Assembly: GCA_004298325.1 (NCBI GenBank)
Contig: SCUF01000253.1
Span: 6,762 to 70,761 of the forward strand
DNA: 64,000 nucleotides
Reading direction: 5' to 3'
DNA from: Betaproteobacteria bacterium
GTDB lineage: Bacteria > Pseudomonadota > Gammaproteobacteria > Burkholderiales > SG8-39
A program made the position numbers and the translations under genes. Under the pieces are notes generated by a model, which saw only the letters and a program-made list of their open reading frames with translations, was not told the origin of the DNA and made no database searches. Every line of letters starts with the position of its first letter. Positions within the stretch are counted from its first letter, which is position 1. Shown here piece by piece: positions 16,312 through 24,690 of this stretch.

Positions 16312-17744
16312 CCACCTGCACGGCCGCCTGGAACCAGAAGGCGTTCCGCGGCAGGAACGACAACGGCGATCAGGCCACCGCGACGTGGAAGGCGAACCAG
16401 AACGTCAACTGGACACAGGCGGTTGACGAGAACTTTCGCGTCCGTTTTGAGGTGCAGGAAACCGCGGCCTGCGCTGGCAACAACAAGGTCTGGCAGCTCC
16501 AGTACAACCTGAATGCCGCAGGCTGGGTCACGGTCAACGGCGCGTCGAACGTTGTCCGCAGCACGGCAAGCCCGAACGTCGCCGACGCGGCCAACCTGAC
16601 CGACCAGTTGACCGCTGGAACTGGGACGTTCCAGGGTGCGACCGGCTTTGATGAGGCGAACGGCGCGGCCGGCGGCAACTCGATGGACGTTGCAGCTTCG
16701 GGGCACGCCGAGGCCGAGTTCTGCGTGCAGATCCTCAGCGCCGATGTCGCGAATAACGACACGGTGCAGTTGCGGATCACCGACAACGGCACGGCGTTTG
16801 CGGCCTACGACGCGACGCCGAGCATTACGGTCAGCGAGTCGTTGCCGGAGATTACCGGCACGGGGGCGCTACCGGCGCAGGCTGCTGCCGCTGATGGTAC
16901 CGGGGTCTCTGCGTCGAGCGGCACCGGCGCACTGGCGGCGCAGGCCGCTGCCGCTGACGGCACCGGCGAGGCCGCATGGACCGGGACCGGAGCGCTCGCT
17001 GCGCAGTCTGCGCCCGCTGCGGGGGCCGGCATTTCCGCATCGACGGGTAGCGGTGCGCTCGCGGCGCAAGCGTCGACCAGCGCCGGCGCGGGAGTTTCGC
17101 TTTCGACCGGAACGGGGGCTCTCGCCGCGCAGGCCGCGGCTGCTGCGGGCGCCGGTATTTCCGCATCGACGGGTAGCGGGGCGCTCGCTGCGCAATCGGC
17201 GAGCAGCGCCGGCGCGGGGGTCAGCGCATCGACGGGCAGCGGGGCGCTGGCGGCGCAGGCGGCGAGCGCCGCAGGAACCGGCACGGCGGGCAGTGCGAGT
17301 GTCACGGGCACAGGCGCGCTGGCGGCCCAGGCGGCTGCGGTGGCCGCCATCGGTGTCTCGGCTTCGATTGGCGCCGGGGCGCTGGCGGCCGGTGGTGCGG
17401 CGATCGCAGGCGTCGGCACGGCGGGCGATGCGGTCGTCGTCGTGCCGAGCGGGACACGTCCAGGCTTGTTGGTTCCGATCCTGCGCCTGCCGCTGCAGTG
17501 CCTCGCCGAGCCGATCCGCACGCGGGACGAATGGGGCGTCGCCACCGCCGATGTTTACACGCCAGGCGAGGCCGGCGCGATCGCGGTGCTCGAGGTGTGG
17601 GGCGATGCCGCGGCCGAACTGCCGCCGCTCGAGTGCGTCGCCAGTGCGGTGAACGACGACGAAGACTGGGGCGATTTCCGCGGGGCGCGCCAGCCGCCGC
17701 GGCACGAGATGTACATGGCCCTGCTCGATCGCAGGGCGGCATAG
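16308..17744 (+). CDS. repeat-containing putative virion surface protein (478 aa)
   Basis: N-terminal globular part (AWNQKAFRGRNDNGDQATATW...), then ~9 tandem 21-aa units TG(T/S)GALAAQAAAAxGxG(V/I)SAS, then an acidic C-terminal domain. Confidence 0.6.
   Translation: MTTCTAAWNQKAFRGRNDNGDQATATWKANQNVNWTQAVDENFRVRFEVQETAACAGNNKVWQLQYNLNAAGWVTVNGASNVVRSTASPNVADAANLTDQLTAGTGTFQGATGFDEANGAAGGNSMDVAASGHAEAEFCVQILSADVANNDTVQLRITDNGTAFAAYDATPSITVSESLPEITGTGALPAQAAAADGTGVSASSGTGALAAQAAAADGTGEAAWTGTGALAAQSAPAAGAGISASTGSGALAAQASTSAGAGVSLSTGTGALAAQAAAAAGAGISASTGSGALAAQSASSAGAGVSASTGSGALAAQAASAAGTGTAGSASVTGTGALAAQAAAVAAIGVSASIGAGALAAGGAAIAGVGTAGDAVVVVPSGTRPGLLVPILRLPLQCLAEPIRTRDEWGVATADVYTPGEAGAIAVLEVWGDAAAELPPLECVASAVNDDEDWGDFRGARQPPRHEMYMALLDRRAA
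16854..17430 (+). repeat. in-frame 63-bp tandem repeat array (~9 units)
   Basis: Direct reading: units such as ggcaccggcgcactggcggcgcaggccgctgcc... recur with a 63-bp period. Confidence 0.8.
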
Positions 17745-17753
17745 GAGACCGGA

Positions 17754-18656
17754 ATGTCCAAGCTGCTCGACATCGTTAACGCGCCCTGGGCGCTCGAACC
17801 GGCCAAGCTCGAGCAGCTGGTCGCCATCTACTGCGGGCACCTGCGCGGCGAGAAGGTGGACCTGCAGGCGATCGAGGCGCAGCTCGGCCGGCCGCTTGCC
17901 AACGAGCCGCAGACCTACGAGATCGTGGACGGCGTGGCGATCCTGCCGATGGAAGGGATGCTCGCCAAGCGCATGAACCTCTTCTCGAAGGTCTCCGGCG
18001 GCACCTCGACCGAACTCCTCGGGCGCGAACTGCGCAAAGCGCAGGAGGACCCGCGCGTGCACGCGATGATCCTTGCGATCGACTCGCCCGGCGGGCAGGT
18101 GGACGGCACGCAGGCGCTCGCCGACCAGGTGTTCGGCCTGCGCGCGAGCGGCAAGCCCGTGGTGGCGCTTGCCGACGGCGCGATGACCTCGGGCGCCTAC
18201 TGGATCGGCTCGGCCGCGGCCGAGATCTACATCGCCGGGGACACCGTGATCACCGGCTCGATCGGCGTGGCGACGCAGCATGTGGACGTGTCGCGCAACA
18301 ACGAGAAATGGGGCATCACGGTCACCGACATCTACGCGGGCAAGTACAAGCGCATCGCGAGCGAGAACAAGCCCCTCTCGGAAGAGGGCCGGGCGCACAT
18401 CCAGGCGCTCGTGGACAAGATGTACGGGGTGTTCGTCGACCAGGTGGCGCGGCATCGCGGCACGGAGGCGGACACGGTACTGAAGAACATGGCCGAGGGA
18501 CGGTTGTTCGTCGGCCGAGAGGCGATCGCCGCCGGGCTCGTGGACGGTGTTTCCACGCTCGATCAGCTGATCGCCGATCTGGTGGCGGGCCGCAAGCCCG
18601 CGAAGCGAACGAACGCGAAGGCGAGCGCGCCGGCGGCCGGTGCTGCCGCGGCATGA
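17754..18656 (+). CDS. S49-family (SppA/ClpP-like) head maturation protease
   Basis: ...ILAIDSPGGQVDG...ALADGAMTSGAYWIGSAAAEIYIAGDTVITGSIGV... Confidence 0.9.
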   Translation: MSKLLDIVNAPWALEPAKLEQLVAIYCGHLRGEKVDLQAIEAQLGRPLANEPQTYEIVDGVAILPMEGMLAKRMNLFSKVSGGTSTELLGRELRKAQEDPRVHAMILAIDSPGGQVDGTQALADQVFGLRASGKPVVALADGAMTSGAYWIGSAAAEIYIAGDTVITGSIGVATQHVDVSRNNEKWGITVTDIYAGKYKRIASENKPLSEEGRAHIQALVDKMYGVFVDQVARHRGTEADTVLKNMAEGRLFVGREAIAAGLVDGVSTLDQLIADLVAGRKPAKRTNAKASAPAAGAAAA

Positions 18657-18702
18657 CGCAAAGCCCATCGCGACCATCCAACCTCTGAAAAGGAAAGCCA
18701 CA

Positions 18703-19212
18703 ATGGCAATCGACAAGCAATTCCTCGAAGCGAATCACGCTGACCTCGTCGGCATGTTCCGCACCGAGGGGAAAGAGCAGGGCCTGGAGGAAGGCCGGCG
18801 CGCGGGGGCGGAAGCCGAGCGCGCGCGCATCCAGGCGGTGGAAGCAGCCGCCTTGCCGGGCTGCGAGGACGTGATCAAGGGCCTCAAGTTCGACGGCAAG
18901 ACCACGGGCGCGGAGGCCGCGCAGCAGTGCATCGCGCACTACAAGGCGCAGAACGCGGGGGCGCTCGCCGCGCTGAAAAGCGACGCCGCGGCGCTGCCCA
19001 AAGTGCCGGCGACACCGAGCGCCTCGGGCGAACAGCTTGATGCGGCCGCCGCCGAAGAGGCGAAGCTGCCACTCGAAGAGCGCTGCAAGGCGCGCTGGGA
19101 CCGCAACGCGGGCCAGTGCCGCGACGAGTTCCCGAACGTCGATGCCTACACCGCGTTCGAGCGGGCCAATGCCGCCGGCCGCGTGAAGGTCCTCGGCAAG
19201 CGGGCCGCCTGA
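18703..19212 (+). CDS. putative head scaffolding protein
   Basis: AAAGGAAAG RBS, ATG at 18703. Helical, Ala/Glu-rich; sits between protease and capsid genes. Confidence 0.5.
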   Translation: MAIDKQFLEANHADLVGMFRTEGKEQGLEEGRRAGAEAERARIQAVEAAALPGCEDVIKGLKFDGKTTGAEAAQQCIAHYKAQNAGALAALKSDAAALPKVPATPSASGEQLDAAAAEEAKLPLEERCKARWDRNAGQCRDEFPNVDAYTAFERANAAGRVKVLGKRAA

Positions 19213-19253
19213 GCCACGCGGCGACCTGAACCCATCCTGAAAGGAATCCAGTC

Positions 19254-20024
19254 ATGACGACTCTTGCAGCCAACAGCCCGCGCGCGTTCGAGATCGGGAA
19301 CCGCAACGAAATCCCGGTCATCGCGTCGGACATCATCTACGAGGGCGCCGCCGTCGGCGTGGTCGATGCGAGCGGGCATGCCCGTCCGCTCAATGCCGCC
19401 GACCGCTTCGCCGGTTTTGCCGAGGCGAAGGCGGACAACTCCGCCGGCGCGGCGGCCGCGATCAACGTGCGCGTGATCGAAAGCGGGAAAGTCCAGCTCT
19501 CGGTCTCGGGCGCCGTGATCACCGACCTGGGGCAGCCGGTTTACGCCACGGACGACGACACGTTCGTGTTTCTGCCGACGGGCGCGGCGTTCATCGGGTT
19601 TGTGCACCGCTTCGTCTCTTCGGGCGTCGTGGTCGTGGCATTCGACACGATGAACTACCAGGACCCCTACGGCGAATACACGGTGCGCGAGACGCTCTCT
19701 GGCGTGAAGACGTTCGACATCGAGGACAACGGCAAGGTGTTTTTCGCCGACGCCGCCGCCGATGACGATGCGCTCACGATGCCCGCGGTGGCGACCCCGG
19801 TCAACATCAAGATCGTGGCGATCGGCGCATTCGGCACCACGAAGGTCGAGATCGCTCCGCAGGCCGCGGATAAGATCCAGGGCCCGGATCTTCCCGGCAC
19901 CGACAACACGCCGCTCAGCCTCACCAAGGCGACCCAGCGGCGCGGAGATTTTGTGCGATTGGTGACCGGCGATGCGAACGGCCCGATTGTCGCGGAAATG
20001 CGCGGCATCTGGACCACCGCGTAA
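19254..20024 (+). CDS. head decoration-like protein (DUF2190-like N-terminal half)
   Basis: 256 aa immediately upstream of the major capsid gene. ...IIYEGAAVGVVDASGHARPL...GQPVYATDDDTF... resembles decoration/cement proteins. Confidence 0.45.
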   Translation: MTTLAANSPRAFEIGNRNEIPVIASDIIYEGAAVGVVDASGHARPLNAADRFAGFAEAKADNSAGAAAAINVRVIESGKVQLSVSGAVITDLGQPVYATDDDTFVFLPTGAAFIGFVHRFVSSGVVVVAFDTMNYQDPYGEYTVRETLSGVKTFDIEDNGKVFFADAAADDDALTMPAVATPVNIKIVAIGAFGTTKVEIAPQAADKIQGPDLPGTDNTPLSLTKATQRRGDFVRLVTGDANGPIVAEMRGIWTTA

Positions 20025-20060
20025 TCGGCCCGACAACCTCTTCAAGAAAAGGACGCCAAA

Positions 20061-21011
20061 ATGGATCAATCCATCCTGTCGAGCCGCGCCATCATGGGCA
20101 TGTACTTTGCCCGGCTCGAAACCAATCCCGGGCTTGCCTGGGTCAACGCGGTCTCGAACCTGTTCAACTCCGACCAGGCGAGCGAGACCTACGCTTTCCT
20201 CGGGCAATCGCCGGCAATGCGCGAGTGGATCGGCGGCCGCCAAGCCAAGGGGCTGCGCGGAAATTCGCTGATCATTGCCAACAAGCACTACGAGGCGACG
20301 CTCGAAGTCTCGGTGCGCGACGCGCGGCGCGACAAGACGCCGCAGATCGAGGCGCGGGTCAACGAGTTTGCCGACCGCTCACTCACGCACTGGGGGTCGC
20401 TCCTGTCGACGCTGCTCATCAACGCGCCGAGCACGGCGTGCTATGACGGACAGTTCTACTTCGACACCGACCACTCGGAGGGCGACTCGGGGACGCAGGA
20501 CAACGACATCACGGTGGACATCTCGGCGCTTCCGGCCGCGGTGCACGGCGTGGTGACGGCGCCGAGCGTCGAGGAGATGCAGCAGTCGATCCTGAAGGGG
20601 ATCGCGCAGATCCTCTCGTTCAAGGACGACCGTGGCGAGCCGATGAACGAGAATGCGAAAGCGTTTACCGTCATCGTGCCGACGGCGCTTTACCTTACGG
20701 CGGTGGCGGCCTGCAGCGTGCTCACCACGGCGGCGCTGCAGCAGAACCTCAACCCGAACCTCGTCGCCAGCATGACGGTGGACGTGCAGATGAATCCGCG
20801 CCTCACCTGGACGGATTCGTTCGCGGTGTTCCGCACCGACAGCCCGATCAAGGGGCTGATCCGCCAGAGCGAGACGGAAGTCGAGCTGAAGGCGAAGGCG
20901 GAAGGCTCGGAGTTCGAGTTCGACAACGATGCCTGGCAATTCGGCATCGACGCCTGGCGCAACGTCGGCTACGGCTACTGGCAGCGGGCCTGCTACGTGA
21001 CGATGACGTAA
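20061..21011 (+). CDS. major capsid protein, Mu gpT-like
   Basis: 316 aa. ...SETYAFLGQSPAMREWIGGRQAKGL... is characteristic of the Mu-like gpT head subunit family. Confidence 0.85.
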   Translation: MDQSILSSRAIMGMYFARLETNPGLAWVNAVSNLFNSDQASETYAFLGQSPAMREWIGGRQAKGLRGNSLIIANKHYEATLEVSVRDARRDKTPQIEARVNEFADRSLTHWGSLLSTLLINAPSTACYDGQFYFDTDHSEGDSGTQDNDITVDISALPAAVHGVVTAPSVEEMQQSILKGIAQILSFKDDRGEPMNENAKAFTVIVPTALYLTAVAACSVLTTAALQQNLNPNLVASMTVDVQMNPRLTWTDSFAVFRTDSPIKGLIRQSETEVELKAKAEGSEFEFDNDAWQFGIDAWRNVGYGYWQRACYVTMT

Positions 21012-21024
21012 GCATTCCTCCTCG

Positions 21025-21078
21025 CCCGGCGCAACGCCGGGTTGTGCCTGACACGGCCTCTTCGGAGGCCGTTTTTTC
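21025..21078 (+). terminator. tandem hairpins after the capsid gene; the second is a canonical rho-independent terminator
   Basis: CCCGGCG-caa-CGCCGGG (21025-21041); ACGGCCTC-ttcg-GAGGCCGT followed by TTTTTT (21053-21078). Confidence 0.7.
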
Positions 21079-21119
21079 GAGGGGCGCGCAATGCGCTCCT
21101 CCAAAAAACGGAGGTGAGC

Positions 21120-21392
21120 ATGAAAGAGTACGTCGCGAAAGCGGTCCTGACGCTCGGCGCAGGGCGCGTGCGGATCGACGTCGAGCAGGCGAAGACGCGC
21201 GCGCACAACCTGAAGCCCCTTGGCGAGGGCCTGCACGAGATCGTGAACCCGATCCAGTTCAAGCGCGGCGAGCGCTTCGGCTGGGATGGCGAGGTGCCGA
21301 AGGCGATGCGCGAGGCCTTCGGTGAGCCGGCCGGCGCCGCGGTGAAGAGGACGTTCGGCAAGGCCGTCGAGGCGGCGAGGAAGCTGGTGTGA
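21120..21392 (+). CDS. hypothetical protein (90 aa)
   Basis: GGAGGTGAGC RBS, ATG at 21120. Confidence 0.5.
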   Translation: MKEYVAKAVLTLGAGRVRIDVEQAKTRAHNLKPLGEGLHEIVNPIQFKRGERFGWDGEVPKAMREAFGEPAGAAVKRTFGKAVEAARKLV

Positions 21393-21393
21393 C

Positions 21394-21687
21394 ATGGTCG
21401 CGTTCACCGAAGACCTGAGCGTTTTCTTCGCGCTCAAGGCCGACGGCGGCCTGGCCGATGAAGCCACCGCCAGTTGGGGCGGCACGGTGAACGTGATCTT
21501 CGACAACGCCTACCTCGCCGAGCTGGGCGTGGCGGGCACGAACCCCGTGGCGCTCGCGAAGGCCTCTGACGTGTCAGCCGCGCGCGTAGGCTCGACGCTG
21601 ACGATCGCGGGCACCGTCTACACCATCCGCAACCGCGAGCCGCAGGACGACGGCTCTACGGTGCTCCTGCAGCTCGAGGCCGCCTGA
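21394..21687 (+). CDS. putative head-tail joining / head completion protein
   Basis: 97 aa; assigned by position; ...TIAGTVYTIRNREPQDDGSTVLLQLE. Confidence 0.45.
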   Translation: MVAFTEDLSVFFALKADGGLADEATASWGGTVNVIFDNAYLAELGVAGTNPVALAKASDVSAARVGSTLTIAGTVYTIRNREPQDDGSTVLLQLEAA

Positions 21688-22139
21688 TGGCCGATCACCT
21701 CCGCGAGCAGATCGCCGACGCGGCGGTGACGGCGCTGACGGGCCTCACGACGACCGGTGCGCGCATCTACCGCGGCCGCGACACCGATGCGCGGCCTCTC
21801 CAGTCGGACGAGGTGCCGGGCCTCGTGATCCTCACCGGGGGCGAGACGCCGGAGATCGGCTCGCTCGGGGTCTCGCGCATCCTCGAGCGGCGCATGCGCC
21901 TGCTCGTCACCGCGCACGTCAAGGCCGCCTCGGGCTACGACTCGACGCTCAACCTGATACTCAAGGAGTGCGAGGTCGCGCTCGCGGGGGCCTCCCTCGG
22001 CGGCGCGAAGTCGGCGCACATCGCCGAGGTCGGCGACATCGAGAGTTCGGAAGGCTCGGACAAGCCCGTCGCGAGCCAGCTCTTCGTGTTCGAGTTTTTC
22101 TACGTCACGGCGCACAACGCGCCGGACGTGGCCTTGTAA
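21687..22139 (+). CDS. putative tail completion / terminator protein
   Basis: 150 aa; TGATG junction; positioned before the tail tube gene. Confidence 0.45.
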   Translation: MADHLREQIADAAVTALTGLTTTGARIYRGRDTDARPLQSDEVPGLVILTGGETPEIGSLGVSRILERRMRLLVTAHVKAASGYDSTLNLILKECEVALAGASLGGAKSAHIAEVGDIESSEGSDKPVASQLFVFEFFYVTAHNAPDVAL

Positions 22140-22151
22140 AAGGAGATCCGC

Positions 22152-23357
22152 ATGACTATCGCCACCGGCGTCGCCAAACAGCTGCGCTACAAAGTCGAGG
22201 GCACCTGGGGCACCGCGCCAGGCGCCACCGGCGCCCAGCTCCTGCGGCGCGTGACCAGCGACCTCGGCCTGAAGAAGCAGACCTATGCCTCGAACGAGAT
22301 CCGCTCGGACTACCAGGTGTCCGACATGCGGCACGGCATCCGCTCGATCGAGGGCTCGATCAACGGCGAGCTCTCGCCCGGGACGTTCAAGGACTTCATC
22401 GCGGCGGCCCTGCGCAAGGCCTTCGCCACCACCACCGCGATGACGGGTCTTTCGATCACGGTTGCCGGGAGCGGTCCGACGTATACGGTCACGCGCGGCT
22501 CTGGGTCGTTCGTCACCGATGGCGTCAGGGCGGGCGACATCGTGCGTCTCACGGCGGGTTCGTTCAACGCCGCGAACCTGAACAAGAACCTGCTCGTGAT
22601 GTCACTCACCACGACCGAACTGACGGTGAGGCCGCTGAACGGCGTCGCCCTGGTCGCCGAAGGCCCGATCGCCTCGGCGACCGTCTCGGTGCCCGGCAAG
22701 CGGGTCTGGACTCCGACCTCCGGGCATCTTGACCTGTCCTACTACATCGAGCACTGGCACTCGGACCTTTCACTGTCCGAGCAGTTTGCCGGCTGCAAGA
22801 TCAATCAGATCGATATTTCGCTTCCGCCCACGGGCATCGCGACGATCGGTGTGCAGTTCCTCGGCAAGGACCTCACCACGGCGGGGTCGGCGTACTACAC
22901 GTCGCCCACGGCCGAGACGACCACCGGGGTGCTTGCGGCGGTGAATGGGTTGCTGGCCGTGCAGGGTGTGGCCGTCGCGACGCTTACGGGATTGAATCTT
23001 TCGATCAAGGGCAACATGCAGGCCGAGCCGGTGGTGGGCTCGAACACCTACGCCGACATCGGCGAGGGGCGGGTTGTGGTGGACGGACAGTTCACGGCGC
23101 TGTTCGATGGGGCCACGTTGCGCGACTACTTCGTCAACGAGACCGAGATCAGCCTGTTCGCGGCGCTCGCGACCGGGACTTCGGCGGCGGCGGATTTCGT
23201 GTCATTCGCCCTGCCGCGCATCAAGGTGGGCGGCGCCGACAAAGACGACGGCGAGAAGAACCTGATCCAGACGTTCCCGTTCGTTGCGCTGTACAACAGC
23301 GCCGCGTATCCGGGTCCAGAGCAGACGACGCTAGTCGTTCAGGACAGCCAGGCATGA
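22152..23357 (+). CDS. major tail tube protein
   Basis: 401 aa, immediately upstream of the chaperone pair and tape measure gene. Confidence 0.65.
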   Translation: MTIATGVAKQLRYKVEGTWGTAPGATGAQLLRRVTSDLGLKKQTYASNEIRSDYQVSDMRHGIRSIEGSINGELSPGTFKDFIAAALRKAFATTTAMTGLSITVAGSGPTYTVTRGSGSFVTDGVRAGDIVRLTAGSFNAANLNKNLLVMSLTTTELTVRPLNGVALVAEGPIASATVSVPGKRVWTPTSGHLDLSYYIEHWHSDLSLSEQFAGCKINQIDISLPPTGIATIGVQFLGKDLTTAGSAYYTSPTAETTTGVLAAVNGLLAVQGVAVATLTGLNLSIKGNMQAEPVVGSNTYADIGEGRVVVDGQFTALFDGATLRDYFVNETEISLFAALATGTSAAADFVSFALPRIKVGGADKDDGEKNLIQTFPFVALYNSAAYPGPEQTTLVVQDSQA

Positions 23358-23764
23358 ACCTCGACGAGTTCGACACGCAGCCAGCCTCCGAGGCTGGCGT
23401 CTGGGTGTCGCTCAAACACCCGGACACGGGCGCGGTGCTGCCGGCGAGGCTGCGGCTTCGCGGGCACGATGCGCCGAGCTACCAAGCGCTCCGGATCGAG
23501 CAGCGCCGTCGGCGCCTGGAGCAGCTCGCGCGCTCTAACGTTGATCGCGTGGAACTGGAGCAGCTCGATGAGGAAACCGTCGAGCAGCTCGTCTGCCTGA
23601 CGGTGGACTGGGAGGGGCTGACGCGGAACGGTGAAGCCTTTTCCTACAGCGCGGCGAATGCCCGCACCCTCTACACGCACAAAGGTTGGGCGTGGATTCG
23701 CGAGCAGGCGGTCGCGGCGATCGGGAACCGCGCAAATTTTTTGCCGCCGCCCGCGAGCGGCTGA
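23354..23764 (+). CDS. tail assembly chaperone (gpG analogue)
   Basis: 136 aa between the tube and tape measure genes; contains a slippery heptamer near its 3' end. Confidence 0.7.
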   Translation: MNLDEFDTQPASEAGVWVSLKHPDTGAVLPARLRLRGHDAPSYQALRIEQRRRRLEQLARSNVDRVELEQLDEETVEQLVCLTVDWEGLTRNGEAFSYSAANARTLYTHKGWAWIREQAVAAIGNRANFLPPPASG

Positions 23765-24108
23765 TCCGGTTCGCCGAGCACCAGTTTCGCCTGGCGCAGC
23801 CGCAGGCCGACGGCAGGGCGTACCGCGAGCACCTTCAGGTGGCCGCGAGATCCGGTTCCCGCGTCGCGGCGCAGGAGCTGCAGGGGCCGCCCTGCCCCGA
23901 GGCGCTCGAGCACGTCTGGGAGTGGTTCAAGGCGCTGCACGCTGCGCGCGGGGGCTCCGGCTTCGGATTGAATCCGATCGGGTGGGGCGAACTCGATGCC
24001 TTCGCGAGGATGAAGGGGCTGCGTTTCACGCCCTTCGAGACCGAGGTGCTGCTTGCGCTCGATCGATTGGCGCTCAGCGAGGCGGTGGCGAAGAAGGGGG
24101 CGACGTGA
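23354..24108 (+). CDS. tail assembly chaperone, -1 frameshift fusion product (gpGT analogue)
   Basis: Join of 23354..23740 with 23740..24108 via the heptamer. This is the conserved G/GT arrangement upstream of tape measure genes. Confidence 0.6.
23734..23740 (+). promoter_or_regulatory. programmed -1 ribosomal frameshift slippery heptamer A_AAT_TTT
   Basis: The zero frame reads GCA AAT TTT TTG. The -1 frame (track ORF 23686..24108) stays open from here to 24108. Confidence 0.65.
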
Positions 24109-24686
24109 TCCCGACGATCAACGTCAAGCACGACCTGAACCGTCTTTCGGCGGGACTTGGACTGCTTACGGCCGAACGGATGAAGGCCGCTGTGCGCGCG
24201 CTGAATCGCACCCTGACGACCGTTCGAGCGGAAGGCGCGCGCGATATGGGGCTCGCCTACCGGGGCCTCAAGATTTCCGCGATCAAGCGGCAGATGCGGT
24301 TCAAGCGGGCGAGCCAGGCGCATCCAGCTGCCGTGCTGACGTTCTCGAACCGGCGCTTCCGTCTTTTCGGGAACTGGCGCACGACGCAGACGCGCCGCGG
24401 CGTTCGCACGGGTCGGCTGCCGTTTCGCCTCGAAACTGGCGGCGGCCGGCGGCTCGATCCAGAAGCGTTGCGGCATGCGTTCTTGCAGCGCAGCCGGCAA
24501 GGTACGGCAAACGTCTGGTTGCGGGCCGGGAAGGAACGCTATCCGATCGAGGTGATCGTGGCCCCTAGCCTCGCCGAGGCGTTTGTCGAGCGAGCCATCG
24601 GCGAGGCCCTGTCTCGCCGTGCCCGGGCGCGCTTCGGGGCTGTCTTCCAGCAGGAAGCGAAGTTCAGGCTTTCCAAGCGAAGGTAA
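24105..24686 (+). CDS. minor tail protein Z (gpZ)-like
   Basis: GTG at 24105 (GTGA overlap). ...AGKERYPIEVIVAPSLAEAF... parallels lambda gpZ AGKNRYPIDVVKIPMAVPL. Confidence 0.55.
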   Translation: MIPTINVKHDLNRLSAGLGLLTAERMKAAVRALNRTLTTVRAEGARDMGLAYRGLKISAIKRQMRFKRASQAHPAAVLTFSNRRFRLFGNWRTTQTRRGVRTGRLPFRLETGGGRRLDPEALRHAFLQRSRQGTANVWLRAGKERYPIEVIVAPSLAEAFVERAIGEALSRRARARFGAVFQQEAKFRLSKRR

Positions 24687-24690
24687 CGCC

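Noticed and set aside
16854-17430. Regular 63-bp repeats (and 43340-43790 repeats) considered as a possible CRISPR array
   Set aside because: The units are contiguous with no unique spacers, they stay in frame inside long ORFs, and they encode coherent peptide repeats. No cas genes lie adjacent.
16869-21506. Minus-strand ORFs 16869..18716, 19146..20288 and 20379..21506
   Set aside because: They are antisense to the repeat protein, S49 protease, scaffold, decoration and capsid genes, and have no motifs.
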